Below, in pieces: positions 25,360 to 35,280 of a stretch of 35,280 nt of DNA. The notes under the pieces are model-generated. The model searched no databases, had not been told where the DNA came from, and saw only the letters and a list, made by a program, of their open reading frames with translations. The position numbers and the translations under genes were made by a program. The DNA is from Dimorphilus gyrociliatus (taxonomy: Eukaryota > Animalia > Annelida). Where the stretch lies: contig CAJFCJ010000012.1 in assembly GCA_904063045.1 (NCBI GenBank), forward strand, positions 2,641,763-2,677,042, written 5' to 3'. The stretch's first letter is position 1, and each line of letters opens with the position of its first letter.

Positions 25360-25501
25360 AGCAAGTATATACATTTATACTGTATATATTTATATATATT
25401 CGCTACTATAAGTGATATATATAACATAAATCTTTAAGATATTAAAAAGTATAAAGAAATAGATTTTATTTTATTTAGAGAAGTGTAAAATATCTCACCA
25501 T
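24702..25501 (-). CDS. CFL: Cofilin / actin-depolymerising factor, 145 aa, 3 exons
   Basis: Exons (-): 25501-25499 (ATG only, then GTGAG, the typical ADF/cofilin first exon), 25293-25055, 24897-24702. Protein MISGVRVDADC...ECRYAVFDCEYRTHENSPRSKLAFFLWSPDQGVNVKQKMLYTSSKD...EIQANDEEDL matches the ADF-H domain. Intron 2 requires a GA donor (see findings). Confidence 0.92.
24906..25060. repeat. Inverted repeat bracketing cofilin intron 2
   Basis: aaataggaaattttc (24906-24920) is the exact reverse complement of gaaaatttcctattt (25046-25060); extends to 22/25 (24906-24930 vs 25036-25060). Confidence 0.9.
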
Positions 25502-25570
25502 CTTTACCGTGTGTTTCTTACTCTTAGCAACAAAAAAAAGCCTGCTCCGAAGTTTGTAAGCTTATCTCTT

Positions 25571-25814
25571 ATTGGTTTTCGCTTATCCCACCGACCAATC
25601 ATCCTGCAATATGCAAATTACTATATATGGTCATTCGTGTAATGTTCTAGGCCTAGAGAGAGAGAGCGAGAGATGGATAGAGATAGCTAGATAGATAGAC
25701 GGAGGCAGGCTTGTTACAGGTTTTATTTCATATGCCTCCTATAAATGTATTTACATTATTTATATATAACATATAAAAAACGAAAAGTATTATTTTAGGA
25801 AAGGGGGAAATCCC
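25571..25814. promoter_or_regulatory. Divergent cofilin/OATP promoter region with motif cluster
   Basis: Lies between head-to-head ATGs at 25501(-) and 26172(+). CCAAT boxes (25571-25575, 25595-25599), octamer ATGCAAAT (25611-25618), CArG-like CTATATATGG (25621-25630), kB-consensus GGGAAATCCC (25805-25814). Motif matches only. Confidence 0.35.
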
Positions 25815-26171
25815 TGAAGAATCTAAAGAAAATATTTTGTATGCATTTCTGAAGTTTAAGAAAAAGAATCACACAATATGTTACTATTAATAATATTACT
25901 AATATTAATCTGTGCTGAATAGAGAAGTTATATTATAACCCTATATATTGAAAATAAAAGGAATGCGTAAAAAATAATTTGATATTGCATTATAAAACCG
26001 CTATAAAAAATTATTAACAACCAAAAGTGAAGTTGGTTCTGCTTTTGAATAACTAGATGGGCAATATGAATATTGGCCTTCCTAATAGTTCAGTGGGGTA
26101 TAAAATACTGAAGACAACTTTATCTACTAAATCACTTATTTGATGAAATTTATTATCATTGATAATCAAAT

Positions 26172-28800
26172 ATGAATTGTTCATTAACTTCCTTTAATTC
26201 ATTCTTTGGACTAAGTAAATATGAAAAACCTGGCGATTTCAATTGCTTTAGAACTTGAATATTTTTTATTTTTCATTTTTCTCCTTTTAATAAAAGAGTG
26301 TTCTACTTTTCAGTGATGTTTCTTTCAATAGTAGTTTCAGCATGCGAAATGTACTATTTCGCTGTTATTACTACTGTTGAAAAAGCTCTTGGATTATCTA
26401 GTAAACAATCCGCATTATTAATATCTCTCAAAGAAACTGTTTATTTAGTTGGAACTTTACTGTTAAGGTAAAAAAAAATACAATAGAAGAAGTCAATACT
26501 TTTGTATTGCATGTTGTGTTTTCTTTCATTTTATCCTTTATTATTGTTTTATAATAGCGATATTCTGAGTAAAATTCATAGGCCTAGGACTCTGGCGGGT
26601 TTAATTGCTGTTATCGGTTTTGGAAGTCTTTTAACCTCTTTGTCACCTATGTTTGCTGATAAAGCTGGTGTTGAAATTGTAAATCATACTGGAAACCTTC
26701 ACAATAATTCAAATCAGACGAACTTTTGCAATCCACAAGTGAGTATTTATTTACTTTTGCTAATTTATTGTATATTTTATTAATTGCCAATTCCATGATC
26801 CCTCTCTTTTCAAGTCCGATTCATTATATTGTCAAAATGAAGTTATGAATCCTACAGGGAAATTCAATATTGGAGCATATATTGTTTTATTTTTGGGATT
26901 ATGTTTGGTATCAATTGTTTTAGGGCCTTTTCATCCCATTTCTACAGCTTTTATTCATGATAGTACTAGTAATAAGGCAGCTCCTGTTTACCTTGGCATA
27001 TTTAATGCAGCCCTTCCGATTGGGCCAGTACTATCACTGTCATTATCAGCCTATATCCTCTCAACTTTTAGGATCGATTTGTCATTAGCTGAACCAGGTG
27101 ACGTCGATAGATCAGATTGGATAGGAGCCTGGTGGTTTGGTTACGCACTATTCGCTCCAATATGCATAATCATTCCAATTTTTATGTGCTTCTGTCCGAG
27201 AAGCTTTAAGAAACTTGAAAGGGAAAACGACGATAAAAACGACGATAAGAAAAGCGTGAAATTTTCCCGAAAGGCTTACCTAAAAAGTAATAAAAAGATG
27301 AACGTGTATTTTTAATTGTTCAATACTAAAGAAATAATATTAAATAACAAACAGATGTATTAAGAAGATGTTTAAAGTTGTTAATTAATCCAATTTATAT
27401 CTGCTTAACGACTTCCGTTATCTTTCATTTAATATTTGTTGCTGGAATTCTTCCATTCATTCCAAAATACTTTGAAACTCAATATTTTTTCTCAACCTCT
27501 CAAGCAAACCTTGTTACAGGTAAGAGTCTTTTAAATAATGCTGTATTCTCAACAACTGTTCTTCAATAGGTATATTTGCTGTTGGAGCAGCTCTAGGAAT
27601 GGTAATGGGTGGAGCAATGCAAACTTTATTCAAACTTAAGCCTAGAGGTCAATTAGCACTTTGCGTTATTTCGAACATCACAGTATTTACAACGCAGTTC
27701 ATTGTTTTATTCATCTCTTGTAATGACGAAAAGGTCCGAATGGATACAAACGTTGTCGATTAGTAAGATACTACGAATATTTAACAGAACCATAATAAGA
27801 ATAAAGAATTTTCTTGTTTAATCTATTCTAGCGAGAGTATAGCGAATAAGTCTTGTTTGGAGTATTGTAATTGCGATAAATATCTATACGAACCAGTTTG
27901 TTCTTCCGACGGCTCCACTTATTTTTCATCTTGTTACGCTGGCTGTTCAACTTTTAACGAAACGACAAAGGTAGTACTATACTATTGATTATCGTTTAGT
28001 GATTGTTCCATCATCTATTGTACAACCAAGGAATACGGCAACTGCATTTGCCTAGAGGATACCTTAAAAGTGGCTACTTTAGGAGCCTGCAACGTGGATT
28101 GCTCGATTAGAGTATGGGGAGTGATTCTGTTTATTATATCGTCGGTCGTAGGATTTATGTGCGAAATTCCCGCTTTAACCTTGTGGTTCAGGTAGATTTT
28201 TATAAATATTAAGCATTATATAAAACCAGTAGTAGAATTAGTTGACAATCTTCTATGAAGTATTTAAAATCAGAAATAAAATATCCTCTGTAGTTATATT
28301 GAAGCAGAAGACAAGACATTAGGTATAGCATTGGCTTCGGTTTTAAGTTCCTTTTTGGGTAAGTGGTCGGGAATTTGGGGTTTGAAAATTGTCAATACAT
28401 TGATTTTATTAAAAGATACTTAACTGCAGCGTTTATGCCGTCTCCGCTTATTTACGGAAATGCGTTTGATAAGAGTTGTTCAATGTGGAAAGAAAATTGC
28501 CAATTGGAGAGGGAAAATTGCCTTATCTACGATCGTTCAGCAGTCAGGTGAATAATGCAACTTATCATTTCTCCTCTCACCACTATTGTCTTTGGTTTTC
28601 CTGTTATAAATATTGTTAAAAAATTTTTTTCCGCCAGGCACAACATTGTAACGTTGAATATCATATTCACCGCTTTGTCATTTATCATTCTACTGCCTTG
28701 TATTTATTTTATAAGAAAATATCCGACTAAAGATGGCGAAGCAAAGGAAACGAATGTACATGCGGAAGATGTTAATATGTCATTAACTGGAGCCTCATAG
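26172..28800 (+). CDS. SLCO: Organic anion transporting polypeptide (SLCO/OATP family), 617 aa, 11 exons
   Basis: Exons 26172-26214, 26314-26467, 26558-26738, 26815-27286, 27355-27519, 27570-27762, 27832-27970, 28031-28191, 28294-28358, 28430-28547, 28638-28800; all GT-AG and in phase. Motifs: ITTVEKALGLSS, HRPR, OATP signature DWIGAWWFG, Cys-rich Kazal-like loop CNC..YEPVCSSDGSTYFSSCYAGC, and PSPLIYGNAFDKSC..W...C....CLIYD. Exon 1 is the least certain; subfamily not assignable. Confidence 0.93.
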
Positions 28801-29517
28801 GAAAAATGTATGAAGACAATCTTCTAAAGGTACAAATTCAACATGCACTTACATTTAATTCTCTGTGCGACAGAAGATGGCGCTCCATATCTTTATGTGT
28901 AACGTGATAGTTATATAATAAAATTAACTTAAGGTGAATTACAGATGTTTGAAAGAATGTTAAAATGATGAAAGAAGAATAATTAATAAATTTAACGTAT
29001 AGCTTAAAGTGTTGAATTATTTATCGATATTTATTTACATAAAAATTTCATTTTATTAAGAACGTTTCACCCATGCAAAGAAAAAAGGGGCGGGGCAGCA
29101 GAGAACCCGAAAGAGACAATGCAAGAGAATTGAAAGCTAATTATAAAAGACATTATGGAAATTTAAGCTAAACTTCTTGGTTTTTTACCAAAGAAAGGTA
29201 CATTATCTCTTTCACTTATAGTTTTATAACTATTTAGGCGAGAGGGGGAACTGAAGGACCAAAAAGGAAAAGAAAGTGATGGAGGAGGAAGTGATTAGAA
29301 ATCTATTACATTTGAGGAAATAAAATTACTAGGAGGATACATTTCACGGGAAATCAAATTTACTTGGACAATCTCGCAAAGCTTTCTATCATCTTAACTT
29401 AATTTCTAATGGATTAAAAACTTTGTAAAAAATTTCTTATCTTCTAATTAAAGAAGTAAAGGTACAAGAATTTTAGCTCTTAGCAGTCGCTTCATTTAAA
29501 ATTCACAAATTACTTAA

Positions 29518-29640
29518 TGACGTCACAAATTTTTAGAATAGAAACAGCGCAGTCGCAACAGTCAGATCGTTGCAGTCGGCTGCAAAAAGCGATTTTCTTC
29601 CACTTATTTTAACTAGAAGCTTTGGCATTTTTTGGTAAGA
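29518..29640 (+). promoter_or_regulatory. Perfect CRE (TGACGTCA) followed by a putative non-coding first exon and strong donor
   Basis: TGACGTCA at 29518-29525, repeated CAGTC initiator-like motifs at ~29550-29578, no ATG, donor G|GTAAGA at 29635. Confidence 0.35.
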
Positions 29641-29659
29641 TTTTTTTTATTATTTTAAA

Positions 29660-29662
<3 letters not shown>

Positions 29663-29740
<78 letters not shown>
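29663..29740 (+). repeat. Long (AG)n microsatellite
   Basis: About 60 nt perfect AG run, then degenerate units; the longest in the window. Confidence 0.97.
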
Positions 29741-32700
29741 CCATAAAAGGAAAATTTGATGAGATAAAATTACAAGAATTTGTATATTATATTTTTAAAG
29801 AGTTAATAGACGAGTATATTGAATGTACAATTATATGATAGAATCTATAGAATATAATAAACTCTTTCAGAATGTTTAATTGGGATAAAAATGAAACAAA
29901 AGACTTAAATATAAGCGTTTTATTTAAAAGAGTTGAATAGTACTTCCCTTTCTTTCTCTCTCTCTCTCTCTCTCTATCTTTTGCTCTTATAATATTCATA
30001 ATTGTGGAAAAATAGAGATATTTAAACATTCGTATTTAAACGTTCAATGAATCGACTATGTATTTATTAGCTAGAAGAATAACGTAACTGATAGCTTTTA
30101 TATTTATTAATAATTGCGCTTATTGATAAGTTTTTACAATCAAATATCCTGTTTATAGCTTTTTGTAAATGTCCTATAAAGATTGTTCATTTGTAAACAT
30201 GATCGTCTTAATTTTCCCATTATAGGCCTATTAGGAATAATTTCGTCCCAGTTTACACTCTTCGTTTATAGAATATATTGGATAGCTTTATAAAGAATTT
30301 ACCTAATTTTAATATTATTTGAGAGGTAAACTCTCTTATTACTTTCGGTCATGTGATTTGCATACAATGCTAATTAATTGAATGAGAAAAGAGAGTATAA
30401 CTTTATCCGAGTATTACGTTTGTTTTTAGGATAATTATATATAAATATAGTATTTATACTATATATACCAGTATATATAAATTAAACTTTTGATCTGTTT
30501 GTGCTACTTTCCGATGAGAAGGTTTTCGCTAGGTTTTGAATATCATCGTCTTTGTATGGTTTTTAATTTACAATTAGGTCTATCCATCTATCTGTCTATC
30601 TATCTGGCTCTTTCTTTTCCTTTGCCTCTCTTTTCACCATTCCAACTGTCGAAACGAACTTTACGGGCATTCTTACTTTGTAAATAGTTTAAAGGTTATT
30701 ACGTTCAGAGTCTAGACTATTTAAATACGAAAAATACGAAATCCGGCAAGTTGTATTCTATAAAGACAATAGAAGACAATTAATGATTGATGAAATCTAT
30801 TACATAATTTAATAAATTTAATGGAAAGAGACAATATACTCTGTGTTCATAGTATCGTTTTTTTTCACTTGATGATGATTTTAAGGAGCGGCTGATCATC
30901 GCTTTTCTTCCATTATCTTGAGGGAAAAATAAAATTTTATACAAATTTCATCTATCATCCTTTGTCCCGTTTTATCGTTATTTTTACCAGCAATAGACCA
31001 TTTCTTACTCTCCTTCTCTCTCTCTCCCTCCCTTCCTCCCTTATACTTTTTGGTACTTTGAACTTGCGATTCGCTCGCTTCATTTTCGCCAATTGCCGTA
31101 AGATTGCTGAGACAATTCTCTTTTCCATTTTTATAACCCTTTCCGATGTTTGTTCGATTGGCTCTTAAGGCGAAAGGAAACTTTACAATAGATATTCATT
31201 ATAATCACTCACTATTTTTCAATCACTCCTTCGAAGCGTCGATTGGCGTATAAGAATAGTTTCTGATGTCTCGACGCATTCCTCAAAGAGTTGTAACTAG
31301 TTGCCGAAGCGGAAAGGCTATTTGTTGAATTAATATTAAAGAGCGGCGGGAAGTGGTAAATAGCTTATAGAGAGAGTGAGAATGGGAACAATAAATAAAA
31401 ATTTTGAGATGAAAAATGAAGAAATGTCAAAGTATTGTGAGGGAGATATTAGTCTGGATGAGAGAACACTTGAGGGAGAGACGTTTCATGGTCAATAAAT
31501 TGATATTTATGACTATGGAAAATGAGAAATTTTATGGAAAGTATTTCTAGATTGCGTGCTTGGCAGCACTTGATAGTTTTTAATGTTTTAACTTGATTTT
31601 TAGTTGTTCTCTCCTTTTCCCTCCCTCCCTCCCTCTCTCTAGAATTAACAGTTGCTTTTCGTAGAATCTTGCACTATAATACCCCAACTGCAAAAGAAAA
31701 ATGATGTGTCATGATTAATTACTTAAAGATTGTTACGAATTTTTACGTATAACGATTAGATTAGATACGCTTGGTGGAACGATGTTAAAAGCAAAAAACA
31801 GAAATAAAATATTCAAAGCAAATCCATTAGCGCCCGACCATGGAATGGTAGCAGGGCAAACAAAAAAATAAGAGTTTTGACAAACAATTTTATCGTTAAA
31901 ACAGTCATGATGGTCATAGTTCTAACAGAAGGTTTTCCCTTTTAACCTTTTTAGTTCTTGCCTTTTTATCGTCTTTTTTCGAACGTCATTAAAAGTTTCT
32001 AGGAGAGAGGAACAAAGGATAGAGTGCAATGGCGAACTGACGTACTATCTGGGAAATTATGGCAAAAGTGTAATGTATCTTGCCGTTACAGTCTTAGTTG
32101 TAGTACCTATTTGCCCCTAGAATGAAACTCTTCTTCCTTCGCCTCTCCTTCTCGTCAACCTAGACGTATCGGGTGTAAGTTGACTATTCACCTATTAATG
32201 TAGAATGAATATAACATGTTAGTATACAAATACATCTATATATGCATAAATAAGAAGCTTAGAAGAGGTTACTGGATAGAAATAAACCCTTCCGTTTCGA
32301 TACATAAATGGGGATATTCTTTGTCTACCTGTGTACACATTGCGTATGAAATTTATTCGAATAAATTATTATCTAGACCTATACAGGTATACTTATACTA
32401 CTGTATAGACAGTATAACAATTTACATAACAGCCCCCTCTCTCCTTCCATATTTAATACCGCTTACAAGTGGACGCATGAATGCCTTTATCCTGTAATCT
32501 ACAGGTTCATATAAAACAATTGCAGTTATTGCAGATATTGAATGAATTAGTATTTAGATTCTTATTGTGTTTATCTATAGATCTGTGTGTATATACAATA
32601 CTCTTTGATGGCTTGAACGCAAAGGCGTTCTTTTATTCTCTTTCCTCCTCTTTCCTAATTGCATTTGTGATAATAAAATCATCCGGCGACAGTATACTAT

Positions 32701-33181
32701 ATAGTATGTCTATCTTAATCGTATTCATTCCTAATAGCCAACCCTCTCAGTCGAGGGAATCAACCGTAAGCGTTCGACTAAAAGCAAACATAGTTACTTT
32801 GATTAGGAACTTGCCTCTCGTTTTTTTAACAGTCTCCTCCTCAAATGTGTGCCTATGTTCTATTTTAGCGAAAACAGGGCCAAGTGAGACGAAGTTAGTG
32901 TAAAATTTTTCACTAAATGACGTATTTCCATATAAAAAATTACGAATATAACAAAAACACTTCAACTACAAATTTTTTCATTAAAAAATCATATACTCAA
33001 CTTCCGGTTAAACGGCGACCATTTTCGTCTCTGGACAGTTTCAAATTTATTGCTCAAAAGACCCATTAAAATATGAATGAACATTTCACATCAATCAAAT
33101 TGATTTTTGTTGGTGTTTATTAATAAAAAACGAGTGAGAATTGAAAAATTGATGAATGAATTAAAAATAGAAAAAGACAAA

Positions 33182-33219
<38 letters not shown>

Positions 33220-33860
33220 GAGGGAGAGTTTGGTGAGGAATGATTAGGAAGAAAAGTAGTCTGAACAAACGCCGATAAAGAAATAAAAAGTGTTGAAAAG
33301 TTGAAAAAGTTTTTCCCTTCTCTATCCGTTTCTCTTCCTATCTATATTAAGATTAAGATAGAGGAGAACAGAGAAATCAGAGCTAATTTCAAGGCGTTAG
33401 AAAATAGAGTATGATTGATGCTAAATATTAAAAGGGTAATCGAAATTGTTGCGTGTGAATTTGATAGTTTTTTTTTCAATAGATTTTATATAATTCAAGC
33501 ATCACGCAGATGAACAAAAATTTGGACTATTTGTGCAACTCTCACTTTCTCTAGCTATCTACTTAATTTGCATAATTTATTCAACAACTTTTTAAATAAG
33601 GAAGAATTTCCGGGAATATTTCATTCTTTCTCTATTTGTTCTCCTTCGAGAGAGTACCAAGGGAAAATAAAACATGTAGAAAATGGCGGGACAATGTTTT
33701 TTGTGAACCAATCAGTATTTATGACTAAAGAGAGCATACGGGGAACAGCGCACCCTACACTCTTATTTATTTTTTCAAGTAGACTACTAGTCTTTTTCCT
33801 GGCAGTCTCTGTCTTCTTCATAATCCATTATTCTTTGTTTTCCATAGTTCAAGGTGAAAA

Positions 33861-33981
33861 ATGCACGGACGGGGTGTTTTAATTGTTTTGGTTCTATCGG
33901 CCTCTATGGTTTCGGGTCGTTTCGTTCAATCGTTGCTGAAGGAAAAGGCCATGAAACGTCTGCTGGATACTCATTCTAAAG
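33861..33981 (+). CDS. First coding exon of a putative secreted protein or peptide precursor (partial)
   Basis: A pyrimidine-rich acceptor (ttttccatAG at 33847) precedes aaaATG. Translation MHGRGVLIVLVLSASMVSG-RFVQSLLKEKAMKRLLDTHSK has n/h/c signal-peptide layout and a KR site, then a phase-1 donor G|GTATGA. Downstream exons not identified. Confidence 0.55.
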
Positions 33982-35280
33982 GTATGAACTTTTTCACTTA
34001 TTATTCACTTTTTAAAAGCTTTTTGCTTGTATGTTTGTATGTTTGTTTGCTTGTTCGCGTTATGTAAAACATACATTTACCAACGTAGATATAGCGACTT
34101 TATCCATTACTAATGTCTTGCGAGACCGTAGTGTAGGCTAATTAGAGTAAATGAGTAATAGAGCTAAACACTACCTTTCTAATCATTATCAGACACATCC
34201 AATTGGATTTTAAGCTAATTATAATACTTTTTGCCACTTTTCTCATATTGAATTTCCCCCCATATATTCCCAATACTTTAAAAATGATGTATTTTTGCTT
34301 TCCTACCGCAAAATCGGTCCGCCAGTCTATTTGTCTTGATAAATAAATGATGAACGGCTAGCACACTTAGGCTTTAGAAAAAAATAAACCTAAAGCCAAG
34401 GATAGCCTCTTATTCATATTAGTCTAAAAAGCTTCTTTTCTTATTCCGTGTATATATTAGTATATATATATATAACTTATACACGGAATATACGTCTGTG
34501 TACAAGCATTCGTATTTAATTAAGCTAATTAAATTTATCAACTCCCTTCCCTATTCGTCTTATAATATTTCCTTTCTCTCTTCCTTTGTTCTCTCTTCCT
34601 CTCATTTCTTCAAACCCTCTTGACATTTCTACGAAAAAGAAATATACTTTTAAGAGTAGTTTATAAATAACATCGCCCTTTATCCTCACACTCTTCGATA
34701 ACTGCGATTCTCGACTTGGCATCCCGCCGTTTGCTCTACTCTCCTCTTTATCGAATTGCGTACTTTGTTCATATTGCTCTTCTTAATGGGTCATTGCGTA
34801 GAGGAGGCAGTTTGGGCGGAAAGAGGCGGAGGAAGAGGAGGGGAAAGGGCGGGTGGAGAACGTAAAAATCTCTTTCCTGTCTGACAACGGCAATTTCCAA
34901 CGAATTCCTATACATTCAATAGGGAAGCAAGTTGTCCAAACGTATTACTAAAATTTACCGTGTAACCTAAGAGGAGAGGAGAACAGGGAACTAGATAGAT
35001 GGAAATTGAATAAGAATCAAAGAATAAAGGAAGAAAAGAGAATATGAAAGAGAAAGAGAGATAGGAAAAAGACAGAAAAAATATTATAACAATAGATTGT
35101 AAACCGAAGAGCTTTGCTTCAACTGTTTGTAATTGCGTGGTTTGTTTTTAGCTTTTCGGGTTAGGACCACCCGCTGTAGAGGTGCAAAGACAAAAATCAG
35201 AAAAATCTCTGTGCTTTTCAATCTTTCTTCTCCCTTTGTTTAATTGATTTTAAAAGAAAATTATAATTACACAAAGAGAG

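Noticed and set aside
18868-28800. HIF-alpha, cofilin and OATP as a functional gene cluster
   Set aside because: Adjacency is unremarkable in a compact genome; I know of no shared pathway or conserved synteny.
30490-33030. Minus-strand exon-like frames (~31300-31195, 32965-32747, ~30550-30485)
   Set aside because: Phases do not chain and no family is recognised.
1-35280. tRNA, rRNA, miRNA (including miR-210), CRISPR arrays or intact transposases
   Set aside because: No cloverleaf, known mature miRNA, repeat-spacer array or transposase/RT motif was seen by eye; tRNAscan-SE/Infernal would be needed to exclude them.

Overview
This is AT-rich animal genomic DNA from a compact invertebrate genome, with many 50-100 nt introns and abundant (AG)n/(AT)n microsatellites. 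A lophotrochozoan origin is my guess from the HIF N-terminus, not a determination. Four complete multi-exon genes can be hand-spliced: (1) an uncharacterised 473-aa protein of four ~100-aa repeats ending in a CaaX box (+, 9618-16978); (2) a compact HIF-alpha bHLH-PAS factor (-, 23595-18868, ~555 aa; last exon uncertain); (3) cofilin/ADF (-, 25501-24702, 145 aa); (4) an OATP/SLCO transporter (+, 26172-28800, 617 aa). A signal-peptide-encoding exon (+, 33861-33981) begins a fifth gene whose remaining exons I could not place. No confident gene was found in 1-9.6 kb or 29-33.8 kb, and most ORF-track entries there are microsatellite artefacts. The most unusual observation is cofilin intron 2. It can only be spliced as a non-canonical GA-AG intron, and its two ends form a 15-bp perfect (22/25 extended) inverted repeat flanked by an AATAG direct repeat. 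All gene models are manual and unverified by RNA data.
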